From NCBI GenBank assembly GCA_963813025.1, contig CAWEXO010000013.1:288001-352000 (forward strand): a DNA stretch of 64,000 bases, written 5' to 3'. A model generated the notes under the pieces. It ran no database searches. It was not told where the DNA came from and saw nothing but the letters and a program-made list of their open reading frames with translations. Position numbers and translations under genes: made by a program. This document shows, piece by piece, positions 31,650 to 41,444 of this stretch (the stretch's first letter is position 1; every line of letters begins with the position of its first letter). This DNA comes from an uncultured Verrucomicrobiae bacterium (GTDB lineage Bacteria > Verrucomicrobiota > Verrucomicrobiia > Chthoniobacterales > JAFAMB01).

Positions 31650-32774
31650 TCACTGAAAGAGCGCGTCGATCTGATCTTCCGAGTACCAGGTATTCACGTA
31701 GTAGGAATCAGCCCAGTCCTTGTACTCGTCGTAGACTTTGTCAATGTTGCTGTTATCGACCTGCAGGGACGGATGAATCCAGATAGTGTTGGCGGTAGAA
31801 GCTGGCTTTCCCGTGTTTGGGTCGATGAGAACATCCGGCTTCAGGTGCTTGCCCTGAAGCAGCCGCATTCCAATCCCGAGCGCCGTGCAAACAGCACCGG
31901 GGGAGTTTTCGATACCGATGGTGCTGAAGCCGGTGGCATCCTTCATCTTCTTCCATTCCTTTATGAAGGCGACCTGGGTCTCGCCGGTGACTGGGGGCAG
32001 CTTCTTGCCGGCCGCCTGGAAGGCTCGGATGATCCCAAGAGTCATGCCGTCCTGGGTCAGGACGCCGTCGATGTTGGGGAACGAGCCGAGGAGATCGGTC
32101 ATGACCTGTTGCGCGGCCGCCTGATCCCAGTTTCCATTGGCCTTGGTTAGGAGCTTGATGTCAGGATATTTGGCAAGGATCTCCATGGCAGCTTTGTCGC
32201 GCGCGATGTTCCCAGGCTGGTCGGCGATGCCGCTGATATACACGATCGTGCCTTTGCCGTTGAGCTGCTTGCAGAGCCATTCGGTGATTGGAGCCTGCCA
32301 CCACGCCTGATTCATAAAGACGTTCAAAGCACCGGGAGGGACAGTTGTCGGCTGGTCATAGACGATGACTGTGACGCCTGCATCGACCGCCTCTGTGAGC
32401 ACCGGGCCGAGTGCCCTTGCAGAGTTGGGATTGACCAGAAGCAGGTTCACTTTGCTCGCGATCAAGTTCCTGATCTGCGCGATCTGGGTGTTCACGTCAG
32501 GGCCTGCGTTCTGAACGATGAGCTTGCTTGCCCAGCCTCTCTCTCTATAAACGTCGAACTGCTTCTGCAAGCTTTCCAGCATCTCAACCCGCCAGCTGTG
32601 GGTGAACGGCCCGTTGCTCAGGCCGACCACGAACGCCTTGTCCGCCGCGGGTTTGTCGGCGCCTCTGCTTGCGAGGACAGTCAAGGTGAACAGCAAACAA
32701 ATCAGAGTCAATCTGATCCACGATTTCCTTCTAGGCACACCCCTTGTGGAAAATCTGAGATGGTTCACGGCCAT
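31650..32774 (-). CDS. Sugar ABC substrate-binding protein
   Basis: Signal peptide; GLSNG....WR, QIAQIRNLI, GNWDQA, DGVLTQDG. Confidence 0.9.
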   Translation of the reverse strand: MAVNHLRFSTRGVPRRKSWIRLTLICLLFTLTVLASRGADKPAADKAFVVGLSNGPFTHSWRVEMLESLQKQFDVYRERGWASKLIVQNAGPDVNTQIAQIRNLIASKVNLLLVNPNSARALGPVLTEAVDAGVTVIVYDQPTTVPPGALNVFMNQAWWQAPITEWLCKQLNGKGTIVYISGIADQPGNIARDKAAMEILAKYPDIKLLTKANGNWDQAAAQQVMTDLLGSFPNIDGVLTQDGMTLGIIRAFQAAGKKLPPVTGETQVAFIKEWKKMKDATGFSTIGIENSPGAVCTALGIGMRLLQGKHLKPDVLIDPNTGKPASTANTIWIHPSLQVDNSNIDKVYDEYKDWADSYYVNTWYSEDQIDALFQ

Positions 32775-32929
32775 GCGGGGGAAAACGCGTAATGTTTCTC
32801 AGCTGCTTCACTAATTGTCAATTTTTTTCAAAACCTCCCTTTATACCACAGTCCTTCGGAGTTTGCGGTTCAATCAGAAGTTGTGGTAAAGCACGCCACC
32901 TTTGCGGAATCTGCTTGCACAGCAGAAAT

Positions 32930-33112
32930 GCCCCAAAACTGGCCTAGGTTTGCCGCTTGACGTGCGGGGAACCGCCTTGCAGCGAGGGTTCGGCAGGCGT
33001 GGCGGGGCATTCCAGCTGGTTCCTCGGTAGCCTGCCGCGGCATCGCTGGCGGTGGCGATTCCCTGCCACCGGGTCGTGCGCAACGACGGCGGCTTTGCAG
33101 GCTACCGCCGGC
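32930..33112 (+). pseudogene. Methylated-DNA-protein-cysteine methyltransferase (Ogt/Ada C-terminal) remnant
   Basis: Manual translation gives PLDVRGTA...GIPAG and LAVAIPCHRVVRNDGG, containing the PCHRV active-site motif; frameshifted and internally deleted. Confidence 0.8.
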
Positions 33113-33114
33113 GT

Positions 33115-33510
33115 TCATCAGCCGGACAGCGGGTACGATCCATATCGGCGGTGAATCAGTGCATTTCTCGGGCACTGTCGAAGCACAAGCAAAAGGGATC
33201 GCAATCGTCTACCAGGAACCCAACTTAGCCACTAATCTTTCAATCACAGAGAACATTTTTCCGGGTATAAAGCCACCGCTGAGGTTCGGTTTTTTTCTCG
33301 ACCGCTTCACGCTTCGCACCAATGCGTCTGCAAGCCATGGCGCGACTCGGGCTGCACTTTGATCCGATCGAATCATTCGAACCCTGACCGTCGCGCAACA
33401 GCCACTGATCGAAATTTGCAAGAGCCTGATTCGTGAGCCGCGGCGTCTTATTGTGGACGAGCCGACCTCAAGGCTTTTCGAAATCGAATCTGCGATTCTT
33501 CCGCGTGGTT
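33115..33510 (+). pseudogene. Sugar ABC ATPase fragment
   Basis: QPDSGTI...GIAIVYQEPNL..NLSITENIF...LTVAQQPLIEICKSL...VDEPTS. Confidence 0.75.
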
Positions 33511-33579
33511 AGCGATCTCCAGATCCACGGAGTAAAGGTTCCTTAAATTTCGCATCGAAGTCTTTTCTTTGTGCTATAC

Positions 33580-34120
33580 GGGGTAACTTGCCTATTCGTG
33601 CGATATTGTACGTTAAGGAGCGAACCGTTGAGGTTTGAGACGCAAAGGCCGGAGGCGGCTGTTCCGGACGCCACCGTCTGGCCGCCAGACATAGTCCCCG
33701 GTCAGGTTGATGTGCTCCCAACCTAGTGGTGAGAGATGGGTCAGCAACTCTTCGGAAGGGTTTGCACGGACTCGCTTAAGCTTCTGGATAGCTTTTTCCA
33801 GGTAGACGTGTTCCAGAGCACAATCGCGGCAACAACCAAGCTGAGGCCATTTGTCCAGTGCTGTTGGTTCTCGTAGGTTCGGTCTCGCAGTTCGCCGAGA
33901 CGATTGAAAAACACAGCCCGCGCCAAAAAATCGAGAGTGAAGATCGTTCGCTCCAACCTTCCCAGCTCGCGCAGCGCAGTTGCGAGTCGGTTTTGACGTG
34001 GGTAGGCAGCGAGCTTGCGAAGGATAGTTGAAGCGGTCACGGTTCCTTGCTTGATCGAAGTAGCAAGCCGGAGGAGATCTTCCCAATCGATTCTCCGGGT
34101 ACGATTCAAACGCCGCATCG
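33580..34120 (-). mobile_element. Tn3-family remnant: 38-bp terminal IR plus degraded transposase 3' end
   Basis: IR ggggtaacttgcctattcgtgcgatattgtacgttaag at 33580-33617; [25 protein letters not shown] and HLSPLGWEHINLTGDYVW. Confidence 0.9.
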
Positions 34121-34320
34121 GCTGATCCGTCCCGAATTTCTGCCGATTCGTCATACTTCGCCACTCCCGAATCGACAATCCGTGCGACCGGACGTAGGCA
34201 TACGCTAGCTCCATCTGACAAGTTTGATCTGTCTCAAAGAGCGTTGTTTGCGCGACCGATGATTCTTATCAAAAAACTAGCGACCCCAAGGTATCACCCG
34301 AAGGACATCAGAAAGCCCCA

Positions 34321-35121
34321 ATGAAGACGAACACTTTTGTTGAAATGACGGGGTATTCAAGCGGTTCGGTCGTACGGCGACCGCTCGCCGCTGCAGCTTT
34401 GCTCGCCGTTGTGGTTGCGCTTGCGGCGAAAGCAGACACGGAGCTACCTGGCGTCGTGGTCACCGCGGAATTGCCCGGTATCACGGTTACGGCAAAGACA
34501 ACGCAGCGTCCACCGGATATCGTAAGCCGAGACCGCGCCGAGCGGTCCCCGGACGTTCATTGGCCCTCGGCCTTGTCCCTCCAATGGTCCGAAATGTTTG
34601 CGCATAACGAGATCGAGATCAATGCGGCTTCTACCACGGTGTGGGACCATCTCGTGCAAGCCCGGCGTTGGCCGCAATGGTACCCCATTCCGGGCAAAGT
34701 CAAAATTCGGGGCAGTTCTCCCATCCTGCAAAAAGACACCAGGTTCACGTGGAGCGGTTTCGACCTGCCGCTGGACGTCAACGTGTTTGGTGAATTCAAC
34801 CATGGGGATATGGATAGCACCGTGTTTGAGTATGTTCCCGACAGTCGCATCGGCTGGCTCAGTTGTGGCCCGGAAACCATTCATGGACCCCTTTGTGTTA
34901 CCTACCATACTTGGCTCCTCACGCCGACCGGCACGAACAGGTGCCACGTAGTTTTCGAAGAAGTAGCGACCGGTCCGGCGGCAGAATATACGCGCGGCTC
35001 CTGTGCCGAAATCCTTCACGCCAGCCACCAACAATGGCTGGAACAGCTTAAAAAAGTTTCAGAAGGTCGAACTTCCCAGGGGTCGAATTCGGCTGGCGTT
35101 TTCCGCGTTCCGACCTCTTAA
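34321..35121 (+). CDS. Secreted SRPBCC/START-like domain protein
   Basis: Signal peptide ending AKA; HNEIEINA...VWDHLV...WPQWY; EYVPDSRIGW; HQQWLEQLK. Confidence 0.75.
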   Translation: MKTNTFVEMTGYSSGSVVRRPLAAAALLAVVVALAAKADTELPGVVVTAELPGITVTAKTTQRPPDIVSRDRAERSPDVHWPSALSLQWSEMFAHNEIEINAASTTVWDHLVQARRWPQWYPIPGKVKIRGSSPILQKDTRFTWSGFDLPLDVNVFGEFNHGDMDSTVFEYVPDSRIGWLSCGPETIHGPLCVTYHTWLLTPTGTNRCHVVFEEVATGPAAEYTRGSCAEILHASHQQWLEQLKKVSEGRTSQGSNSAGVFRVPTS

Positions 35122-35139
35122 AGCCAACTCTGTCTTTTC

Positions 35140-35908
35140 GTGCGCGTTCCTTCTAACCGGAGACTTCCGTGTTAATCTGCGGTGGCTGATTTGGTTGAGC
35201 CGTCAAGCGGAAGCCTATGAACTGATCGTCTTTGCTGGTGACCTTCTGGACACGCAAAACCGAATATCTTTACCTCGGTAAATCCGGCGGGCGGGTAAAA
35301 CCTTACGGATGCTTGTGAGCAAGCGATCGACTGCCCTCTGTTCTGGCAACCACGACGCCGTAGATGTGCCTGCACAGACGGTCAACGGCATCCGGCCAAG
35401 TTGGTTAAACGCATTCGCGCTTTTCCCTCACGTTCTGCTCGACGGACAGAGCCGCGACTTCCAGCGCCAGCTAACCGTTACGGTCCTAGGATACTTGAGC
35501 AATTTCGGGGAGAAGCGCGCGCAGTTGCAGGCCGGTCAAAGACTGGTCGCCGCTTCGGGCCATCGCTGGTTGGTCGTCCATCATCATCCGCCTGCCTTTG
35601 CGGGAGCGGCCGGACCGGAAGAATGCGCGGCCGGAGAACTCCTCCAGGAGTTTGCTCCAACCGTTTGGTGTTACGCCCGGTATTTTCGCCAACCCTATCG
35701 AAACGATTTTCGTCGGCAGGAAATAGTTGGAAGCACCACAGTCATCAATCTCTCCCAGATGATGCCGGATGGGACCCGGATCACAAATTCTTTGCCTAAT
35801 CACGTAATTTGGAACGTGGAACCAAATGTTTTTTCGTGGACTTGTTCCGAGGTTACAGACGGCAGGGGTTCGAAGTCAACGTCAACACCTGTAACCAATC
35901 AGCCGTAG
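35140..35908 (+). pseudogene. Metallophosphoesterase-like gene, degraded
   Basis: LLTGDF, FAGDLLD, an in-frame TAA at 35279, SGNHD and VHHHPP motifs. Confidence 0.65.
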
Positions 35909-36011
35909 CGCATCTCTCAGTCCACCCAATCGAGGGTCGTATGGCTCGGTTCCTAGCTTGGCGCAGCCAAGCGTGATTTCAATCTCGACCAATGTTTTGT
36001 TCGTGGGCTCA

Positions 36012-36260
36012 TCAGAGTTCCTTCGACCGCATTGGGACGCCCCATTGCTCGCAACGGTTCTTGAGCCAGTTTTGAAATTGCTGGGCGATATCGCGCAGAC
36101 GGTTGCGAGTAACACGCTCTGCGTTGCGATACGCATTAAAGAAACCGATCACTCGCTCGGGTTGTTGGAAAGGCTAAATCAATCCGTTTAAGAGAATTCG
36201 ATCAAAACAACGGTAGGCAAATTTGATGCTACTTTTATGGTGTTCGTAGAAGGTGTTCAT
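36012..36260 (-). pseudogene. N-terminal remnant of an unclassified, probably mobile-element-encoded protein
   Basis: MNTFYEHHKSSIKFAYRCFDRILLNGLI*PFQQPERVIGFF..., with in-frame TAG at 36174-36176 and GGAG upstream; family recognised from memory only. Confidence 0.55.
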
Positions 36261-36365
36261 CGCTTGCTCCTGCGTGGTCAGATACCAGGAACATACCGCT
36301 CTGAGCTCCTTCTACGACACCACTTACGCACCCGGAACGGATATCAAGGGCGAAGCCCTTGGCTC

Positions 36366-37757
36366 CTAAGAAACTAAATCCGTGGCTGGGTCTAGAGGCG
36401 TGAGTTGGAGTCCGAATTCTTTGGCTCGTCGGCTGAGATCGTGAAGTAGGCGGTCTTTGTATTTTTTCTCGTAGTAGAGTTGCCCTTGCTCGACATAGGC
36501 AGCTCCGAACTTGAGCATGCGATAGAACAAGCGTGCCAGTTTATGAGCTCCGGCGTTGATGGCGGTGGGTGCCCCCAATCGGGCTTTGATGCGGCGGATA
36601 AAAGCGCCGATGGCCGTCTTACTTTGCATGGCTCCTTGGGCCGCCAGCCGGAACATGGCCGCCGCGCGATTCTTGGTTTTTCTGGGGCTGGAACTGAGCA
36701 GTTTGCCGCCGCTGATGCGATTGTCCGGACAGAGTTTAAGCCAGGAGCAAAAGTGTTTTTCGCTTTTCCAACAGGTCATGTCTAAACCCGTTTCCGAAAT
36801 GATGACTTCCACCGCCAAGGTGCTCAAGCCAGGCAACTGACTCAGATCGACACCACAAACGCTGGCCAGATGCGCTCGGCGCTGCAGGGCTAGGCGAACT
36901 TGGGCCGACCGTGCTTGGGCCGCCCCGCTTTGCTCGAGGGCTTGCTCCAAATCTAGTTTAGTGTCGAATTGCTCAAGTTGTTGCTCAATCTTGCTTTCGC
37001 AGGCGGTGATCTTGAGCTGGTAGGTGTCATAGAGTTCCAGGGCCGTTTGCAAGGCGAAGAGATGCTCGGCTCGGTAATCTCCCTGTAAGGCTTTGACGAT
37101 CTGATCAGTGGATGCTTTCACTTGGGGGTGTTTCATCTGGGCAAGCTTGAGCGGATTGCGTTCTCCGGCCAAAATCGCCCGAATCATCGCCATGCCACTA
37201 TAACCGGTGATGTCGCTCAACACGCGGTGCACTTGGATATTCATTTCGGTTAAGGCCTTCTGCATGCGTAACACATGGCTGCTGCAGTCCTTAACCAAGG
37301 TGTCGCGCAGGCGCAGGAAGCTGCGCAAGACGCAGACCTCGTCCTTGGGTCGGAACGAGCCGTTTAAAAGACCAAAGGTGTGGAGTTGTTGAAGCCATTG
37401 GCAGTCCGAGACGTCGCTTTTGCGTCCAGGCAGATTCTTGACATGAGCTGCGTTGACCAATTTTACCTCCAACCCTCTCTGCTCCAGAATCTGGAACACC
37501 GGTATCCAATAAACCCCCGTTGATTCCATCACTACGGTCTCAATGTGGTGTTCGCTCAGCCAGTCAGCCATCCGCTGCAGATCGCTCGTAAAAGGGCCAA
37601 ACTTGCGCACCGTTTCTGAGCCGCGGTCTTCGGGAATGGCCACCAGGTGAAAATTCGCCCCGATATCGATTCCTGCGGCCTTGAGATTGATCCGTTCCAG
37701 AACACTCCGGTGAGTTTTTGATTTGTTCTTTCGCTTGGTCGTGGTTTTCTTTGCCAT
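36366..37757 (-). CDS. IS110 family transposase (DEDD recombinase)
   Basis: AGIDIG, VMESTGVYW, RKSDVSD and L.P....SGGK catalytic Ser motif. Confidence 0.95.
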   Translation of the reverse strand: MAKKTTTKRKNKSKTHRSVLERINLKAAGIDIGANFHLVAIPEDRGSETVRKFGPFTSDLQRMADWLSEHHIETVVMESTGVYWIPVFQILEQRGLEVKLVNAAHVKNLPGRKSDVSDCQWLQQLHTFGLLNGSFRPKDEVCVLRSFLRLRDTLVKDCSSHVLRMQKALTEMNIQVHRVLSDITGYSGMAMIRAILAGERNPLKLAQMKHPQVKASTDQIVKALQGDYRAEHLFALQTALELYDTYQLKITACESKIEQQLEQFDTKLDLEQALEQSGAAQARSAQVRLALQRRAHLASVCGVDLSQLPGLSTLAVEVIISETGLDMTCWKSEKHFCSWLKLCPDNRISGGKLLSSSPRKTKNRAAAMFRLAAQGAMQSKTAIGAFIRRIKARLGAPTAINAGAHKLARLFYRMLKFGAAYVEQGQLYYEKKYKDRLLHDLSRRAKEFGLQLTPLDPATDLVS

Positions 37758-38015
37758 ACCTCTCTTGGGTTAGATGTTGTTCTTGCTTTCACACTGCAGC
37801 GCATCGGCCCGAGTTGGTAGATAGAGAGAAATCTCCTAAACAGGATAGCTCCAGATCGGCAAACAACCCGATCTGGAGCTTCGCTAATGCAACAACCAAA
37901 ACGCTCGGAACCAAACTAGCTATCGGGCATAAAGCTCCAATGCCACACCGGTCTTAACTGCCGACCCACTGCTGCCTACTTTCTACGTCGAGATGCCCAA
38001 GGCAATCAATCCAGT
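37758..38015 (-). ncRNA. Candidate IS110 bridge RNA region
   Basis: About 260 nt non-coding upstream of the transposase; 13-bp perfect stem at 37847-37880; a 7-nt match (ctcctaa, 37833-37839) to the element's own opposite end. Confidence 0.55.
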
Positions 38016-38264
38016 GTTTCTTGCCGCAAAAAGAACGCGCAGAGTTCTGGGGAACTAGTTAGTTAGCGTACAATTTTTTCCGTTTGGTGTGGTCACCCCA
38101 ACATGGGCGGCACTAGGGATTACCACACTAGCCGGAGCGCAGCTGATACTCAGCTCTTAAAGCTGGAGCCTTCTGGGCGATTTCCAGCGTTTTATCGGCG
38201 GTTTTACGCTGTTTTTCAGGGCGACCGGTACCTGGTGGATTCCGCTGTTAGTCATCGTAGACCG

Positions 38265-38942
38265 ATGAGCCAATCCGACTGGAAGCGCTCGGGCGAACCA
38301 TGTAAAGTGTCTTCCCCTCTTGTGGCGATCCGTGCCAAACCTCATTATTTTGCCTGTCCGGATTGCGATGCGCTCTTTAGCGCTCCGGAAGTCCACGAGG
38401 GCGAGCGGGTGATTTGTCCGCGGTGCGGTGCGAGGCTCTTGTCGCGCTGGCCCAACGCGGTCCATCGCGCGGCGGCGCTGGCCTTTGCGGCGGCGTTCTT
38501 TTTCATCCTGGCCAATGCCTTTCCGTTTTTGACCCTTCGGGCGGACTATCGCCAGAGTGACATGCTTCTCGCCGGAAGCGTTTTCGGCTTGGAGGAGCAG
38601 GGATTTCCTGTACTGGCCGGGATGGTTGGAGTCTTCACGCTGGCGGCTCCGAGCTTACTCATTGGTGCGCTGCTTTATGTGCTCGTGCCGCTTCTGCGCG
38701 GGCGGCGGTTGCCCTGGGCGCTGCCTTTGTGCCGCGCCATTCACGAGGCGCGGCGATGGAACATGGTGGAGGTTTTTTTGCTCGGAGCGCTCGTGAGTTT
38801 GCTCAAGCTTGGAAACCTGGCCACACTCACGTTGGGCACTTCGTTCTGGGCGTTTGTCGGACTGATCGTCTGCCTAACTGCGGCTCTGGTGGCGATTGAT
38901 CACGCAGATTTGTGGGACGAACTCGAGGCGGCGCGGCCATGA
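38265..38942 (+). CDS. pqiA: Paraquat-inducible protein A family
   Basis: ACPDCD...CPRCGA, ANAFPFL, WNMVEVFLLGALVSLLKL; start uncertain (ORF from 38103). Confidence 0.9.
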   Translation: MSQSDWKRSGEPCKVSSPLVAIRAKPHYFACPDCDALFSAPEVHEGERVICPRCGARLLSRWPNAVHRAAALAFAAAFFFILANAFPFLTLRADYRQSDMLLAGSVFGLEEQGFPVLAGMVGVFTLAAPSLLIGALLYVLVPLLRGRRLPWALPLCRAIHEARRWNMVEVFLLGALVSLLKLGNLATLTLGTSFWAFVGLIVCLTAALVAIDHADLWDELEAARP

Positions 38943-39625
38943 CATGCCACTGGGCTTCGGCGGCGGCTCGCGGTCTGGCGCGCTGCCATTCCTGCGGGCG
39001 AGTGGAGCCCGTCGAGTCGGGGCATTGCCCGCGCTGCCACGCGCCGCTGCACTTGCGCAAACAGAACTCGCTGCAGCGCACCGTCGCGCTGACGATCGGA
39101 GCAGTGTTTCTTTATTTCCCGGCAAATCTTCTGCCGGTCCTGCGCGTGGAAAGCACACTGAAAGGCACTCAGCAGAACACCATCCTGAGCGGCGTCTTGC
39201 AGTTCTGGCAGGATGGAGATTATCCTATCGCTCTCATAATTTTCGTTGCCAGCGTAATGATCCCGATCCTCAAAGTGCTCGCGATTGCGACGCTCTGCTT
39301 GGGCGCGCACCTTGGCCGCTGGCCGCAAGCAATGACGCGACTCTACCGCGTAACGGACTATATTGGACGCTGGTCAATGGTGGACGTGTTTGTTGTGGCG
39401 ATTCTTGTTGGCGTTGTCCAGCTCGGCTCCGTTATGTCGATCAACGCGGGCGAGGGTGCTTTTGCTTTTGCGGGGGTTGTGGTGCTGACGATGCTCGCGG
39501 CGCATTCGTTCGATCCGCGGTTGATCTGGGATGCGGCGGCCAAGAGCGAAGACACCCCTCTTTCTCACGTTAACACAAGCACGGATGGCGACGGGAGCGG
39601 AGACGCTTCATTTTCTCATGCCTGA
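38939..39625 (+). CDS. pqiA: Paraquat-inducible protein A family (second copy)
   Basis: CHSC...CPRC, PANLLP, IGRWSMVDVFVV, FDPRLIWD. Confidence 0.92.
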   Translation: MTCHWASAAARGLARCHSCGRVEPVESGHCPRCHAPLHLRKQNSLQRTVALTIGAVFLYFPANLLPVLRVESTLKGTQQNTILSGVLQFWQDGDYPIALIIFVASVMIPILKVLAIATLCLGAHLGRWPQAMTRLYRVTDYIGRWSMVDVFVVAILVGVVQLGSVMSINAGEGAFAFAGVVVLTMLAAHSFDPRLIWDAAAKSEDTPLSHVNTSTDGDGSGDASFSHA

Positions 39626-41342
39626 TACTGGAAGCCCGCCGCATCTCTCCGCCGCGCCGCCGGAAGCCCCGGTGAGCCGTTCGTCACGCCGCCACGGCCT
39701 TTCGCCAGTGTGGGTCATCCCTCTGGTTTCCGCGTTGCTTGGACTATGGCTGGTCTGGCGCTACTATTCGGCCAAAGGGCCGGAGATCACCGTACGTTTT
39801 GACACCGCCGAGGGTGTCATCGCGGGTAAGACGCCAGTGCTCTGCCGCAGCGTCAACATCGGCACTGTTTCGGATATCAAGCTGACCGACGACATCAAAG
39901 GCGTGATCATGACGTTCGAGATGAACCGCGAGGCGAGCCGGTTGCTGGTCGAGGACACGCAAATCTGGGCCGTGCGGGCACGCTATTCGGCGGCGGGTAT
40001 CTCCGGATTGAACACGCTCGTTTCTGGAAACTACATCGAGCTTCAGCCAGGCGTTTCCAAAAAACCGCGTCGAGATTTCGTCGGTCTGGAAAACCCGCCG
40101 CCGACTCCGCCAGGCGTCCCGGGCATTCGTTTCAAACTCGTCGCCCAGCAGGCCGGCGGAGTCGGCTCTGGCACTTCGATTATTTATAAAGGCATCAGTG
40201 TCGGCAAGCTCGAGACGCGCGTCTTCCATCCTGAGGTTGGCGAGGTGGAGTTTAATGCGTTCATCGAAGGCCAATACGCACGGCTCGTAAACGAGCAGAC
40301 GCGCTTTTACAATTCCGGAGGGCTCGATCTCAAAGTCGGAGCGGAAGGCATCCAACTGCGTACCGGGACTTTTGAATCGCTCTTGAGTTCGAGCGTGACC
40401 TTTACCGAGCCGGACTCCAAGCAGCTGCGCGCGCAGCCCATCGCCGAAGGCCACACTTTTGTCCTCTACAGTAGCTTGAACGAGGCGCGCGAAGCCGACT
40501 TTAATCCGACCTTGCCCTACCTGCTGCTCTTTACCGCCAGCGTACGCGGTCTAAACCCGCAAGCGCCCGTCGAATTCCGCGGTATCCGCATCGGCACCGT
40601 CGTGGGTGCGTCCTTCAATTACCTGCCCGGTGATCCAGAGCACCGCGTGCCGGTGCTGATCAAAATCGACCCCGCCGTGCTCGCGGAGCAACCCGGCGGT
40701 GATCCCGAGGTCGCGCAAGCGTTCATCGCACAGAGCGTGAAAAACGGACTCCGGGCCAGCTTGAAAACTGGCAGCCTGCTGACCGGCCAGCTTTTCGTAG
40801 AACTCGATTTTCAAAAAAACGCGCCGCCGGCGACCCTCGCGAGCATCGGCGGTTACGATGTGCTGCCAACTGTTCCCGCCTCCGGCTTGGATGAGCTACA
40901 GGAAAGAGTCGCCGCGCTGTTGGACAAATTCAACGCGCTCCCCGTGGAGAAAACGGTGAACAACGCCAACGACGCATTGGCAGCGGTGAAAGGCGCGGCG
41001 GCAAATCTCGACAAGGTCACCGGCGCGGACAGCGCGTTAGACAAAACTTTGAAAAATGCCCAAAAACTTACTAGCGAACTTTCGGGCAACCAAGACATCG
41101 GCGTGACGTTGCGGAACCTGCGTGTCACGTCGGATGAGCTCAAAGTGACGGTAAAAGACTTGAGCACGCAGTTTTCGAAAGTCGGCCAAAACCTCACCGA
41201 GGCGACAGACACGGTGAAGCGCCAGCCTTGGCGGCTGATCTGGCCCTCGACCAAAAAATATGCAGGCGAGAGCCCGGTCGTGCCGTTGCAACCGCAACCG
41301 ACACGGTCACCGCGCAGAACCCTCCCGTCGCGGAATCGTTAG
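39618..41342 (+). CDS. pqiB: PqiB family MCE/MlaD-repeat protein
   Basis: SPVWVIP, GPEITVRF..AEG, GLNTLVSGNYI, SVRGL...APVEFRGI, GLRASLKTGSLLTG. Confidence 0.92.
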   Translation: MPDTGSPPHLSAAPPEAPVSRSSRRHGLSPVWVIPLVSALLGLWLVWRYYSAKGPEITVRFDTAEGVIAGKTPVLCRSVNIGTVSDIKLTDDIKGVIMTFEMNREASRLLVEDTQIWAVRARYSAAGISGLNTLVSGNYIELQPGVSKKPRRDFVGLENPPPTPPGVPGIRFKLVAQQAGGVGSGTSIIYKGISVGKLETRVFHPEVGEVEFNAFIEGQYARLVNEQTRFYNSGGLDLKVGAEGIQLRTGTFESLLSSSVTFTEPDSKQLRAQPIAEGHTFVLYSSLNEAREADFNPTLPYLLLFTASVRGLNPQAPVEFRGIRIGTVVGASFNYLPGDPEHRVPVLIKIDPAVLAEQPGGDPEVAQAFIAQSVKNGLRASLKTGSLLTGQLFVELDFQKNAPPATLASIGGYDVLPTVPASGLDELQERVAALLDKFNALPVEKTVNNANDALAAVKGAAANLDKVTGADSALDKTLKNAQKLTSELSGNQDIGVTLRNLRVTSDELKVTVKDLSTQFSKVGQNLTEATDTVKRQPWRLIWPSTKKYAGESPVVPLQPQPTRSPRRTLPSRNR

Positions 41343-41444
41343 TAATTGATAGCGCATGATCACATTGCCGCACAACCTAGAGCTGCTATTTTCATTGCCC
41401 AATCCTTCGTCAACAGAGTTTGATGTTGCGCGGTTAAGTTTGGC

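Larger units (their letters stand above)
36362..38058 (-). mobile_element. IS110-family element; the upstream boundary is at either 38027 or 38058
   Basis: Intact transposase; both ends match a second locus at 55106-55232; short sub-terminal IR aagaaac (36368) / gtttctt (38016). Confidence 0.85.
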
